From the NCBI GenBank assembly GCA_963705295.1, contig OY970065.1:1760001-1824000 (forward strand): a DNA stretch of 64,000 nt, written 5' to 3'. This DNA comes from Parachlamydiales bacterium (GTDB taxonomy: Bacteria > Chlamydiota > Chlamydiia > Chlamydiales > Rhabdochlamydiaceae). This document shows positions 34,347 to 45,136 of the stretch, in pieces (the first letter of the stretch is position 1; each line of letters starts with the position of its first letter). Under the pieces are notes generated by a model. It was not told where the DNA came from. It saw only the letters and a program-made list of their open reading frames with translations, and did not search any database. The position numbers and the translations under genes were made by a program.

Positions 34347-35713
34347 TGTTTAACTCCTTTTTTATATTCAGGTTTGTAGACATTTTTCTGAATTAACTCG
34401 TGGATGTTATCCGGTCTGGTAACACGAGATAATTTTTGATCGAAAATATTTTTAGCTATTCTTTCCGCCGCTCTTATTAGCCCGACGGGCAAACAGGTGA
34501 CAAAATGCGTCAGCGAACTCCCGTCAGATCGAAGCGTTAGCGGTCCGACTGACGAGGACCCCATCGATAGGTTAGGGCGGAGGCTAGGCCGAGGAGGAGG
34601 ATCGATCTGGCAGGAGTGTAGCAAGCAGATTGTCACCTGTTTGCCTGTTGGGTTAATAATCGCCTCGAGAAACTCTTTTGTGGGAATATTTGGATGTGCA
34701 TAAGGCTTTTGATAATCCATGAGGTCGGATCGTTTTGATTCGATTAAACCCTTTACATCAAATAAAGAAATTCGAGACTGTGCATCTTTTAAAGAAAGAC
34801 CTTCTTGCACCATCACCGATACAATTAAATCTGCTATTCCAATTCCTGCTGAACCGGCTCCTAAAAATAAAATCTTTTGTTGGCTTAACTTTTGTTTTTT
34901 TATTTTCGTTGCATTGATGAGCCCGGATAAAGTAATTGCAGCCGTTCCCTGAATATCATCATTAAAACAGCAGACTTTCTCACGGTATCGTTTTAAAAGA
35001 TCAATTGCATCGCTGCCCGTCCAGTCTTCAAAATGGATACAACACCGTGGAAATACCTCCTGCACAGCTTCGACAAATTCATCCACAAATGCATGCAATT
35101 CTTTCTGAGAAGGTCTAGTTTCCCTGATACCTAAATATAACGGATCATGAAGAAGGGATTCGTTATTTGTTCCAACATCCAGAAAAAGAGGCAGTAAATA
35201 TTTAGGAAGAACACCAGCTGCGGCTGTATAAAGTTGTAATTTGCCAATAGGAATGCCCATCCCATTGGCTCCAAGATCACCCAGTCCAAGAATCCTTCCT
35301 CCATCCGTGACACAAATAAAGCGTACATCGTTTTCTGGCCAGTTTTTCAGAATCTCCTTAATGTGCCCCCGTTGTTTGATAGAAATGTACATCCCTCTTG
35401 GTTGACGAAATCCGATATCAAACTTTAGGCAGGCTTCTCCAATCGTAGGATCATAAATAATGGGTAAGAAATAAGCAGGATCAGACATGATCGTTTTGTA
35501 AAAAAGAGTTTCGTTATGATCTAATAAATTCATCAAGTAAATGTACCGTTCATAATCGGTAGGTTTATGGCCTAATTGTTTAAGAACTCTTTTGTGCTGC
35601 AATTCGATGGTTTCTATTGTACCTGGCAATAATCCAGTCAAACCGAGCTGCTCCCTTTCTTGCTGAGAAAATGCAGTCGATTTATTTAAGGCAGGGTTTT
35701 GTAAAATACTCAT
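34343..35713 (-). pseudogene. NAD-dependent malic enzyme; part of the C-terminal domain replaced in frame by a repeat element
   Basis: VTDGGRILGLGDLG, GIPIGKL, FNDDIQGTA, GAGSAG; the usual ALSNPT and GQANN segments are missing, with repeat-derived residues in their place. Confidence 0.8.
34474..34659. repeat. 186-bp palindromic MITE-like element (copy A, inside the malic enzyme gene)
   Basis: About 30-bp imperfect TIR TTATTAGCCCGACGGGCAAACAGGTGACAA / TTGTCACCTGTTTGCCTGTTGGGTTAATAA; core nearly identical to the reverse complement of copy B. Confidence 0.9.
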
Positions 35714-35714
35714 T

Positions 35715-37118
35715 TTACCTCTCCTTCTTTTTGGCTGGCTGGCACATCTTCAATGGATTGACAAGACGATCGAACTCACCAGGTGTGACACCCAATTTTA
35801 AGGCTGCATCGCGGAGACTTAAATCATGATCTAAGGCGAAATGGGCTATTTGAGAAGCTTTGTCATATCCGATGACGGGACTAAGAGCTGTGACAAGCAT
35901 TAATGAATCACTTAAGTCTTTTTTGATCCGTTTTAAGTTCGGTTTGGTATTTTTAACTAGGAACTTTTCAAAATTTTCACAACTATCCCTTAAGATTCTA
36001 ATGGAATGCATCACGTTATGAATAATTAACGGTTTGTAGACGTTCATTTCTAGATAACCGCCCGCACCCCCAAAAGATACAGCTATATCATTCGCCATGA
36101 CCTGTACTGCTACCATGGATAGAGCTTCGCACTGGGTGGGATTGACCTTGCCTGGCATGATAGAAGATCCTGTTTCATTGGATGGAATAATAAGTTCGTA
36201 AATCCCTGAACGTGGACCACACGATAGAAGTCTAATGTCATTTGCAATTTTATAAAGAGATACAGCTAGAGTCTTTAATGAACCGCTCATTTGAACTTGA
36301 CCATTATGAGCCCCCTGTACGGCAAATTTATTTTTTGCAGTTGTAAAAGGGAGTCGAGTAAGCTTTGCAATCTCTTTGGCAACTTCTCTATCAAATCCTT
36401 CTATCGTATTTAATCCTGTACCCACCGCTGTTCCTCCAAGGGGTAACTGATAGACGGTTTTAAGAGAGTTTTCTAGGTCTTTAATATTATCATCCAACAT
36501 TCCCACATATCCGGAAAATTCTTGACCTAGTGTGATGGGCGTAGCGTCTTGAAGGTGGGTTCGACCGAGTTTAACGACGTTTTTCCATTGCTGAGATTTA
36601 GCGTGGAGGCTATTGCGGAGCTGTTTAAGAATTGGTATGAGATTTTTCTCAGCACCTAGCGCTGCTGCAATATTCATCGCTGTTGGAAAAGAGTCATTCG
36701 AGGATTGGGACATATTCACGTCATCATTGGGATGAACAGGGAGTTTGCTACCCAAAGGCTTTTTAGCTATCTGAGAACAACGGTTTGCAATGACTTCATT
36801 GACATTCATATTGAATTGCGTCCCGCTACCCGTCATCCAAACATGAAGAGGAAAATGGTCATTCAGGTTCCCGTCAAGAATTTCGTCGCAAACTCGTAGG
36901 ATCAAGTCTGCTTTGTATTTAGGAAGACGGCCTTGCCTGCAGTTGACTAAAGCCGACGCTTTTTTCTCTATAGCATAGGCAGGAATCATTTCTCTTGGAA
37001 TGAGATCATCTCCAATACAAAAATGTTCCAATGAACGCTGGGTTTGAGCTCCCCACAAACGATCCTTAGGAACCTTTACTTTTCCGAGACTGTCATTTTC
37101 AAATCTAAACTCTGTCAT
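35715..37118 (-). CDS. fumC: Class II fumarate hydratase
   Basis: [44 protein letters not shown]; start moved to [12 protein letters not shown]. Confidence 0.95.
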   Translation of the reverse strand: MTEFRFENDSLGKVKVPKDRLWGAQTQRSLEHFCIGDDLIPREMIPAYAIEKKASALVNCRQGRLPKYKADLILRVCDEILDGNLNDHFPLHVWMTGSGTQFNMNVNEVIANRCSQIAKKPLGSKLPVHPNDDVNMSQSSNDSFPTAMNIAAALGAEKNLIPILKQLRNSLHAKSQQWKNVVKLGRTHLQDATPITLGQEFSGYVGMLDDNIKDLENSLKTVYQLPLGGTAVGTGLNTIEGFDREVAKEIAKLTRLPFTTAKNKFAVQGAHNGQVQMSGSLKTLAVSLYKIANDIRLLSCGPRSGIYELIIPSNETGSSIMPGKVNPTQCEALSMVAVQVMANDIAVSFGGAGGYLEMNVYKPLIIHNVMHSIRILRDSCENFEKFLVKNTKPNLKRIKKDLSDSLMLVTALSPVIGYDKASQIAHFALDHDLSLRDAALKLGVTPGEFDRLVNPLKMCQPAKKKER

Positions 37119-37169
37119 TTCTATTTCTTGAAATAAAACATCTCTACTTTTAAAGAAATAAGTAAACAG

Positions 37170-38303
37170 ATGAATCCACAGGAACCGACGCGCGATAACA
37201 AGAGGGCCTCTATCATGGGACCTACGAATGCCGCGCGTGAAGCTGAAAGCTCCGATAGAGTACTCCCGCCGAAGACAGACCATGGCACGCTGCCAAGCCT
37301 AAGATGGTCGTTTTGCGATAGCCACAATCGTGTGTCAGAAGGTGGTTGGGCCCGGCAAACAACGGTCCGCGAACTGCCGACCGCAACAACTCTTGCTGGC
37401 GTTAACATGCGCCTTACGGCCGGCGGAGTGCGGGAAATGCATTGGCATAAGGAGGGTGAATGGGCGTACATGCTCAAAGGACGAGCCCGGATCACTGCCG
37501 TTGACCAAAACCTTCGAACCTTTCAAGATGATGTCAATGAGGGCGAGGGGTGGTATTTCCCTGCTGGCATTCCACACTCGATCCAAGGCCTTGAGGATGA
37601 TGGGTGCGAATTTCTTCTTGTTTTCGACGATGGCAACTTCGATGAGAACGAGACTTTTTTGCTCACCGATTGGTTGTCCCGCGTTCCAAAAGACGTCCTT
37701 GCCAAGAATTTCAACGTGCCCGAGAGTGCCTTCGATAAAATTCCGAAGAATGAACTCTATATTTTCCAATCAAAAGTGCCCGGACCGCTATCGAAAGATC
37801 GTGTTACAGGCCAGGGGCCTGTTCCGGAGACGTTTAGCCATCGGTTGGATAAAATAGATCCGATCCGGATGAAGTATGGTACCGTTCGCATCATGGATTC
37901 TACTAATTTCCCTGCCTCCAAGACAATTACAAGTGCCCTGGTTGAAGTAGAGCCAGGTGGCATGCGGGAATTGCACTGGCACCCCAATGCCGATGAGTGG
38001 CAATACTATCTTTCAGGCCGGGGGCGAATGACCGTGTTTGCATCGAGTGGTAACGCTCAAACCTTTGACTACCAAGCTGGCGATGTCGGTTCTATACCAC
38101 GGGCGCTGCCCCATTATGTCGAAAACACCGGCAAGACAACGCTCCGGTTCCTTGAAATGTTCCGCAGCCCGCTTTTTGAAGATGTTCCTCTTGCCCAATG
38201 GTTAGCATTCACCCCTCATGAACTCGTGCGAGCGCATCTGAATATCGACGAGTCTGTCCTATCTAAGATCTCGCCGTTTAGGATCCCGGTAGTTGGACCC
38301 TAA
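37170..38303 (+). CDS. oxdC: Oxalate decarboxylase family bicupin
   Basis: Two Mn-binding cupin motifs REMHWH..EW and [12 protein letters not shown]; lid-like DENET. Confidence 0.88.
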   Translation: MNPQEPTRDNKRASIMGPTNAAREAESSDRVLPPKTDHGTLPSLRWSFCDSHNRVSEGGWARQTTVRELPTATTLAGVNMRLTAGGVREMHWHKEGEWAYMLKGRARITAVDQNLRTFQDDVNEGEGWYFPAGIPHSIQGLEDDGCEFLLVFDDGNFDENETFLLTDWLSRVPKDVLAKNFNVPESAFDKIPKNELYIFQSKVPGPLSKDRVTGQGPVPETFSHRLDKIDPIRMKYGTVRIMDSTNFPASKTITSALVEVEPGGMRELHWHPNADEWQYYLSGRGRMTVFASSGNAQTFDYQAGDVGSIPRALPHYVENTGKTTLRFLEMFRSPLFEDVPLAQWLAFTPHELVRAHLNIDESVLSKISPFRIPVVGP

Positions 38304-38432
38304 ATTTCTTCTTTTTTCACTTATTAACGGTGGTCAAACTTCGCCCTACTATTCTCTTCTACTAAAAACATCATGTAGAATTATAATGGGACCCATGAAC
38401 ACATTTGAAGCAGAGCATAGGCTTAGATCATT

Positions 38433-38879
38433 ATGGCAACAGATCTAATACAGGTCAGATCAGCTGAAAGATCGGAAATAGAATGGGTTAATCTACAGTA
38501 TGATGAAGTCGAGTTCGTCCATTCTAACTTTGATAATGAGATTGTTGCTATTGCCGAAGTGAATGGCCAAAAAGCCGGTCTAGGAAGACTTATCACAATT
38601 GATAAAGAAAACCTTGAGCTCGGAGGAATGTATGTCTTTGAGCCATTTCGAGGTCAAGGAATTGCAAGGAAAATAGTTCAGTTCCTTTTGAAACACGCCC
38701 TTCCTTCACAAACCATCTATTGTATTCCTTTCGAACATCTTGTCCCTTTTTATAAACAGTGTGGATTTGCCCTTTGCATCCACTTGGACCGTGTTCCTAA
38801 AGAGGTTCAACATAAATATCTCTGGTGCAAAAAAAAGTATACCCACCCAACATCACTTTTATTAACCGGAGGGGAATAA
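38433..38879 (+). CDS. GNAT family acetyltransferase
   Basis: MYVFEPFRGQGIA, FYKQCGF. Confidence 0.8.
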   Translation: MATDLIQVRSAERSEIEWVNLQYDEVEFVHSNFDNEIVAIAEVNGQKAGLGRLITIDKENLELGGMYVFEPFRGQGIARKIVQFLLKHALPSQTIYCIPFEHLVPFYKQCGFALCIHLDRVPKEVQHKYLWCKKKYTHPTSLLLTGGE

Positions 38880-38882
38880 ACC

Positions 38883-39243
38883 ATGACATTATCTTTGGAA
38901 CGAAAATGCTCACTTTACTCCAGCAATTGAAATCGGCTGGCGTTTAGCCTACGATTATTGGGGACGTGGATATGCTACAGAGGGTGCTCTAGAAGTTCTA
39001 AAGTATGGATTTGAAATCCTCCATCTAAACCAAATTGTTTCATTCACTTCGGTTCAAAATCGTCGTTCCATCGGTGTCATGGAAAAAATCGGCATGCACC
39101 ATGATTCCATGGATGACTTTGATCACCCGAAACTACCCGAGGGGCATAAACTCAGAAAGCATGTCCTCTATCGCCTTAATAGCGAAGGCGGTATCAAAAA
39201 GTCACCGAGAAGAGTCCAGAATCGTCAACTTTTTCATTTTTGA
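38883..39243 (+). pseudogene. Truncated RimJ/RimL-type GNAT acetyltransferase
   Basis: Frame reading IEIGWRLAYDYWGRGYATEGA...NRRSIGVMEKIGM...HVLYRL lacks an in-frame start and N-terminal half. Confidence 0.7.
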
Positions 39244-39279
39244 TAGAATTTACGAGTGTGATATCATTTTTGCCTAAAG

Positions 39280-39708
39280 ATGAAAACCCAAGCGTATGTT
39301 TGTGCTTATCTTCTTCTAAAACAAGAGGATAAGGTTTTATTGCAACTTAGGAAAAATACCGGCTACTGCGATGGAATGTGGTGCTTGGTATCGGGCCATG
39401 TTGAAGAAGAGGAATCTGCAACGCACGGGATGATTCGAGAAGCCGCAGAAGAAATCGGAGTGATCTTAAGACCTGAAGACTTAAAGGTCTTGCATGTGAT
39501 GCATAGCAGAACAAATCGATTTAATATGGACATTTTTTTCGAGTGCCTGCAGTGGGAAGGTGAAATCAAAAACCTCGAACCGGACAAATGCGAAAAGCTG
39601 GAGTTTTTCCCTATAAATTCTTTACCAACAAATACTGCAGGTTTTAATGGGGAAGCCTTAAACGCTATTTTAACCGGGAAATTTTATTCGGAGCAAGGAT
39701 GGAAATGA
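39280..39708 (+). CDS. NUDIX hydrolase
   Basis: SGHVEEEESATHGMIREAAEEIG Nudix box. Confidence 0.88.
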   Translation: MKTQAYVCAYLLLKQEDKVLLQLRKNTGYCDGMWCLVSGHVEEEESATHGMIREAAEEIGVILRPEDLKVLHVMHSRTNRFNMDIFFECLQWEGEIKNLEPDKCEKLEFFPINSLPTNTAGFNGEALNAILTGKFYSEQGWK

Positions 39709-40034
39709 TTCAATTTTCTGATTTTTTAAAGGTTGATATCCGGGTCGGAACAATAGTGAAGGTCGATGATTTTCCCGAGGCGAGAAAACCTGCGTATAAA
39801 CTCGAGATCGATTTTGGTACGCTTGGAATTAAGAGATCTTCCGCACAAATCACCGACCATTATTCTAAAGAAAATCTCCTAGGCAAACAAGTGATCGCTG
39901 TCGTCAATTTTCCTCCAAAACAGATCGGGAAATTCATGTCAGAAGTCCTCACCTTGGGCCTGCCTGATGAAAATGGAGCTGTCATTCTTTTAGAACCCTC
40001 CAAGTCGATTCCCAATAGCGGCAGATTGTTTTAA
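39699..40034 (+). CDS. csaA: tRNA-binding / CsaA-like protein
   Basis: DFLKVDIRVGTI, KRSSAQIT, VVNFPPKQIG.FMSEVL.LG. Confidence 0.85.
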   Translation: MEMIQFSDFLKVDIRVGTIVKVDDFPEARKPAYKLEIDFGTLGIKRSSAQITDHYSKENLLGKQVIAVVNFPPKQIGKFMSEVLTLGLPDENGAVILLEPSKSIPNSGRLF

Positions 40035-40050
40035 TGAAAAGAACATTTTT

Positions 40051-40515
40051 ATGAAAATTGCGATTAGTTCAGACGAGTATTTTCCGATCATTGACCTTTT
40101 AATCGATGCTGTAAAGAAGAGGGGGCACGAGGTTCATTATTTTGGACCTTCGGCTGGAGGAAAATCGATCGATTGGCCTGAAGTGACACTGAAAGCTGTA
40201 GAGGAACTTAGAGAAGGAAAAGCTGATGAAGCCATTGTTCTTTGTTGGACCGGAACAGGATGCACGTTAATCGCCAATAAAATCCCCGGAATCCGGGCTG
40301 CACTTTGTTTTGATGCAGAGACAGCAAAAGGCGCAAGGACTTGGAATCATGCCAATGTTCTGGGGCTTAGTCTTCGACTCACTTCTCCTGCCATTTTACA
40401 AGAGATTTTACAGGCATGGTTTGATACTCCTTTCAGCCAAGATCCTTGGAATCTTCGACAAATTGAGAGAATTACTCAAACGGAAAGAAAAGCGACATCA
40501 TGGCTTGTTTACTAA
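40051..40515 (+). CDS. rpiB: RpiB/LacA/LacB family sugar-phosphate isomerase
   Basis: LCWTGTG...ANKIPGIRAALC, WNHANVL; stop codon supplied by the repeat terminus. Confidence 0.8.
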   Translation: MKIAISSDEYFPIIDLLIDAVKKRGHEVHYFGPSAGGKSIDWPEVTLKAVEELREGKADEAIVLCWTGTGCTLIANKIPGIRAALCFDAETAKGARTWNHANVLGLSLRLTSPAILQEILQAWFDTPFSQDPWNLRQIERITQTERKATSWLVY

Positions 40516-40695
40516 CCCGAGGGTCAAATAGGTTACAACCTGCTTGCTGCACTCCTGCCAGATCGATCCTCCTCCTCGGCCTAGCCTCTCGCCCTAACCT
40601 ATCGATGGGGTCCTCGTCGGTCGGACCGCTAACGCTTCGATCTGGCAGGAGTTCGCTGACGCATGTTGTAACCTATTTGACCCTCGGGTTAGTAG
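40509..40695. repeat. 187-bp palindromic MITE-like element (copy B)
   Basis: Perfect TIR TACTAACCCGAGGGTCAAATAGGTTACAA / TTGTAACCTATTTGACCCTCGGGTTAGTA; inner IR ACTCCTGCCAGATCGA / TCGATCTGGCAGGAGT. Confidence 0.9.
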
Positions 40696-40897
40696 CAACT
40701 CAATCGTATACTCATACCTAAGATACGGCGCACTTCGGCACCATTACTCGATTCACTTGAGTGAACTTGAACCTATCCCGAAATAGTATTGACCCTATAT
40801 CAAGTTAAAGTTTAAATTACATTCGAACTATTTTATTTCTTCCTTTTAGCTTTCGATTAGAAGCTTATAGATGAAGGAATTCTGAAAGGAGGGTCTT

Positions 40898-41956
40898 GTG
40901 ACCGTACAATCCACAGAAACCAATACTTCAGCTCTTCAATTAAATGACCTTATTGGAGAACTAAGGCTCATGATAGACGAAGCTCGTGAATCGATTGCTT
41001 CCACTGTTAATTCTAGACTTGCAATGCTTTACTGGCATGTTGGAAATAGAGTGCGTAAGGAAATTTTGAAAGAAGAACGTGCTGAATATGGTCAAACTAT
41101 TGTCGCATCCGTGGCACGACACTTAACAATTCATTATGGCAAAGGGTTCTCTGAAAAAAGCTTACGTCGAATGATCCAATTCGGAAATACCTTTCCTGAT
41201 CAACAGATTGTCGCATCACTGCTGCGACAATTGAGCTGGACCCATTTTACCTTGCTACTACCTATAAAAGACCCCATAAAACGAGACTTTTACGCCGAGA
41301 TGTGTCGGATAGAAAAGTGGAATGTACGGACTTTAGAGAAAAAAATTGATTCCATGCTTTTTGAACGAACTGCTCTTTCGAAAAAGCCGGAGTCTTTAGC
41401 ACAAAAAGAGCTAGATGCTTTACGAAAAGATGATCAGCTCACTCCTGACCTTGTCTTTCGAGATCCTTACGTTCTCGAGTTTTTGAATCTCGATGATCAC
41501 TATATAGAAAAAGATCTTGAAGACGCCATAATGCGAGAGCTAGAACAATTCCTTTTAGAGCTTGGAATTGGTTTCTGCTTCCTTGCCCGACAGAAACGAA
41601 TCATCATTGATGATAAAGATTTTCATCTCGACCTACTTTTTTTTCATCGCAAATTAAAACGCCTCGTTGCCATTGAATTGAAATTAGGAGATTTCAAGCC
41701 AGAATACAAAGGGCAAATGGAATTATATCTCCGATGGCTTGATAAATATGAACGACAATCAGGAGAAGAATCGCCTTTAGGATTCATACTCTGTGCAGGC
41801 AAACAAAGAGAACAAATTGAACTGCTCGAATTGAATCAAGCAGGCATTCATGTAGCCGAATATCTTACAGCACTGCCATCCAAAGAAGTCTTGAGGGAAA
41901 AACTACATAAAGCCATAGAACATGCACGAAAACGGATTCAAGATCAAAATGAATGA
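40898..41956 (+). CDS. DUF1016/YhcG family PD-(D/E)xK nuclease
   Basis: LYWHVG, LSWTHF, RDPYVLEFL, FLLELG.GF.F.ARQKR, DLLFFHR, AIELK. Confidence 0.9.
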   Translation: MTVQSTETNTSALQLNDLIGELRLMIDEARESIASTVNSRLAMLYWHVGNRVRKEILKEERAEYGQTIVASVARHLTIHYGKGFSEKSLRRMIQFGNTFPDQQIVASLLRQLSWTHFTLLLPIKDPIKRDFYAEMCRIEKWNVRTLEKKIDSMLFERTALSKKPESLAQKELDALRKDDQLTPDLVFRDPYVLEFLNLDDHYIEKDLEDAIMRELEQFLLELGIGFCFLARQKRIIIDDKDFHLDLLFFHRKLKRLVAIELKLGDFKPEYKGQMELYLRWLDKYERQSGEESPLGFILCAGKQREQIELLELNQAGIHVAEYLTALPSKEVLREKLHKAIEHARKRIQDQNE

Positions 41957-42815
41957 TGAACTTACCCAAAATACCCCTGAATGGTTCGAATTTCGTCGTA
42001 CAAAGATAGGAGCTAGTGATGCACCCATTATAATGGAAGTATCACCTTGGAAAACTCCTTTTCAGCTCTGGCTTGAAAAAACTAGAATGACTCTACAAGA
42101 AACTGCACCTCATCAAATGCGGGGAATTGAGTTAGAGAAACTAGCCAGACATGTATTCGAAAAGAAAACGGGGATGATCATGAATCCAAAGGTTGTTTTG
42201 CATCCTACGTTGGATTGGATGATGGCAAGTCTAGATGGTATTGATGGAAACGCCGTTTTGGAAATCAAATGTCCCGGTCAAAATGACCATGAAATAGCCA
42301 AAAATGGAAAAATTCCTGAAAAATATATTCCGCAAATTCAGCACCAACTGGCTGTAACTAGTTTGAATTTGGCCTATTACTTTAGCTTTGATGGAAGTGA
42401 TGGTATCGTTGTCGAAGTGGGTAGGGATGATAGGTACATTGAGCGGATGATATGTAAAGAACTGGCTTTTTGGAAGTGTATCGAAACATGTACACCACCT
42501 CCTCTGAATGATCGTGATTTTGTAAGGCGTAATGATTTTTCTTGGATTGAAACCTCACAAAAATGGCTAAAACTACAAAAAAAGCTTACAGAACTAGAAC
42601 ATGAGGAAAAATCTTTACGCGAGACATTGATCCAAATGGCCGAAAATCAAAGCTGTTTTGGCGGTGGAATTCGGCTTACAAGGTCTTTGCGAAAAGGGAA
42701 TATTCAGTACTCACAAATACAAGAACTCAAAGAAATTGATCTAGAAAAGTACAGAAACGCGCCGAGTGAATATTGGAGACTTTCTGCTATTGAGCAACAA
42801 AAGCCTGACAAATAA
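41949..42815 (+). CDS. YqaJ / lambda-exonuclease-like nuclease
   Basis: EW...RR..IGASD, SPWKT, ASLDG, LEIKCP, Y.PQIQHQL. Confidence 0.85.
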   Translation: MNDELTQNTPEWFEFRRTKIGASDAPIIMEVSPWKTPFQLWLEKTRMTLQETAPHQMRGIELEKLARHVFEKKTGMIMNPKVVLHPTLDWMMASLDGIDGNAVLEIKCPGQNDHEIAKNGKIPEKYIPQIQHQLAVTSLNLAYYFSFDGSDGIVVEVGRDDRYIERMICKELAFWKCIETCTPPPLNDRDFVRRNDFSWIETSQKWLKLQKKLTELEHEEKSLRETLIQMAENQSCFGGGIRLTRSLRKGNIQYSQIQELKEIDLEKYRNAPSEYWRLSAIEQQKPDK

Positions 42816-42868
42816 TGCTGCCAAAAGCATTGACTCTTCTAGAGTCGTGCGATAATCTATGTCCGACT

Positions 42869-43591
42869 ATGAAAGTGTGCTATTTTATTTTCTTTTTTTC
42901 TTCGCTTTTTATTTACGGAACTGAGGAGAATTTCATTCTCATGGATGGTACGACTGGGCAAACCATCCAAGAACTCGGCCGGGTCGATGAACGAATGACA
43001 CCTGGCTCAACTTTTAAAATTGCGCTTAGCCTGATGGGATTTGACCGCGGAATCTTAAAAGATCAGGAGAATCCGATTTGGCCTTTTCATAAGGGTTACG
43101 ACGATTTTTTAGAGTCATGGAAATGTCCGCAAACTCCCCAGTCATGGATGAAAACGTCTTGTGTTTGGTATTCACGACTTCTAGCCAATCAACTCGGTTT
43201 CTACTACCTTTTATCCTATGTAGGAGCCTTCGACTATGGCAATCTAGATGCTTCAGACCCCGATTCTTGGTTAAACTCTACTCTTAAGATCTCTCCTCGC
43301 GAACAAGTTGTTTTTATTAAAAAAATGGTTCAAGAAGAGCTTCCCGTTTCCCGCTATGCAATTCAAATGACAAAACAACTCGTTTTCATCGATGCATTCC
43401 ACAAGTGGAAATTATTCGGAAAAACAGGACAGGGCTCCATTGATGGTCACGAACTTGGCTGGTTTGTCGGCTGGATCGAAAAAGATAACCGCTTCTATCC
43501 ATTTGCCTATACGATCCGCGACACAAAAATCGATCTTTCTAAGCGAATCCCCCGAGTCAAAGAGTTGCTGATGGAGCACCTCATTTTCTGA
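42869..43591 (+). CDS. Class D beta-lactamase-like serine enzyme
   Basis: Signal peptide; STFK, SCV, YGN, W...LKISP.EQ and KTG motifs. Confidence 0.85.
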   Translation: MKVCYFIFFFSSLFIYGTEENFILMDGTTGQTIQELGRVDERMTPGSTFKIALSLMGFDRGILKDQENPIWPFHKGYDDFLESWKCPQTPQSWMKTSCVWYSRLLANQLGFYYLLSYVGAFDYGNLDASDPDSWLNSTLKISPREQVVFIKKMVQEELPVSRYAIQMTKQLVFIDAFHKWKLFGKTGQGSIDGHELGWFVGWIEKDNRFYPFAYTIRDTKIDLSKRIPRVKELLMEHLIF

Positions 43592-43798
43592 CCGTCTGGA
43601 TCCCAAACAATCTTTTACCCAGAGTTCCACCGCAAAATTTTTGGATACATGGATTGGGTCGATTATTCTTAAGTAGTTAATAAACAATGTGTTAAATTAA
43701 ACCATCCTTTTTCAAGTGAGTTAATTGGGTTAAATAAATTAACGAAAATTGACCCATATAACCCATCCATGTTAGAATGAAAAATTGGAGGACAAGCT

Positions 43799-45136
43799 AT
43801 GAAATTTCCAGAGGCTGAATCATCTACTCTAGAGTTTAAGCAGGAAATGCCCAAAAACGATCAAATCGTTAAGACTGTAATTGGATTCTGCAATCAGAAT
43901 GGCGGGAAATTGGTGATTGGAGTGACTGATCATGGTCATATCGTTGGAGTTTCTCCAGAGACAGCCGCCGATGCAATTGAGTCTTTAAGTAAAGCAATTT
44001 ACGATGCGTCAACCCCATCAATTTTACCTCTTGTCTATACTCAAACAGTCCATGACAAAACGTTACTTGTTATAGAAGTTTCCTCAGGCACCAATAAACC
44101 TTACTATATTAAATCGGAGGGGTTAGAAAAGGGGACCTATGTTCGATTAGCCACTATGACAATGCGAGCCTCAGCTGATTTGATCGAAGAGCTGAAATGG
44201 CAGGCACGTGGAAAATCTTACGATATGATGCCCGTTTACAAGACGACGGAAAATGATTTAGATCAAGAGAAGATAAAAGAATTTATTCGGTCCAGAAAGA
44301 GTGAAAAAAAAGCAAAGATTTCACATGAGCTTTTAAGTTCATACTATCTGATCACTCAAGAGCATGCCCATATCTATGCAACTACAGCAGGAATTCTTTT
44401 ATTTGGTAGACAACCTCAATACTTTTTCACTGAAGCTATGATTATCTGTAGCCATTTTAAAAGGAACGAAGGAAGAGAGTCACTGGCCTCTATCGATTGC
44501 AATGGCACCTTATTTGAACAGTTTGAGAGAGCTTACGATTTTATCGTGAGCCGATTGTCCAAAGCTTTTACTATTGAAGGGCCTCGTCGCAAAGAAGTTC
44601 TCGAAATCCCACCTCAAGCTATTCGTGAAGCACTTCTAAATATGATTGTCCATAGAAATTACCATCAAAAAAGTCCTTCAAAAATTGCGATTTATCAAAA
44701 CCGGATTGAATTTTTCAGCCCGGGAACATTTTTTGGACCGCTGAATCCTCAGAACTTAAAAATGGGTCTTAGCTTCATTAGAAATGCTGCCATCTGTAAA
44801 GCTTTCCGCGAGGCTGAATATATTGAAAAAATGGGAACAGGATTTATCACGATTTTTAAAGCTTATGAAGAGAGAAACTTAAAAACACCTTCGATCATCG
44901 AAGGAGAAGGTTTCGTCAAATGTATCTTGCCAAGAGAACCAATCATACAAGCTATTCAAGATGAGCTACAGCCCATTTTAGCCTTATTTGATCTGGTAAG
45001 AGAACTCACCATTTCAGATGTCATAAAAAGTCTTGGACTTGCAAGAACAACTGCTGGTAGGAGACTAGATACCCTCGTAAAACTCGGCAAAATCAAAAAA
45101 AGGGGTAAAGGAAGAGGCACCGTGTATCTTTTATGA
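43799..45136 (+). CDS. AlbA/Schlafen-like domain + RecG-C-type ATP-binding domain + HTH protein
   Basis: ESSTLEFKQ, FCNQNGG.L.IGV.D, REALLN.IVHRNY, EKMGTG, C-terminal HTH. Confidence 0.8.
   Translation: MKFPEAESSTLEFKQEMPKNDQIVKTVIGFCNQNGGKLVIGVTDHGHIVGVSPETAADAIESLSKAIYDASTPSILPLVYTQTVHDKTLLVIEVSSGTNKPYYIKSEGLEKGTYVRLATMTMRASADLIEELKWQARGKSYDMMPVYKTTENDLDQEKIKEFIRSRKSEKKAKISHELLSSYYLITQEHAHIYATTAGILLFGRQPQYFFTEAMIICSHFKRNEGRESLASIDCNGTLFEQFERAYDFIVSRLSKAFTIEGPRRKEVLEIPPQAIREALLNMIVHRNYHQKSPSKIAIYQNRIEFFSPGTFFGPLNPQNLKMGLSFIRNAAICKAFREAEYIEKMGTGFITIFKAYEERNLKTPSIIEGEGFVKCILPREPIIQAIQDELQPILALFDLVRELTISDVIKSLGLARTTAGRRLDTLVKLGKIKKRGKGRGTVYLL

Noticed and set aside
40500..40721. 73-aa ORF similar to part of the malic enzyme
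   Set aside because: The similarity is just translation of the shared repeat element
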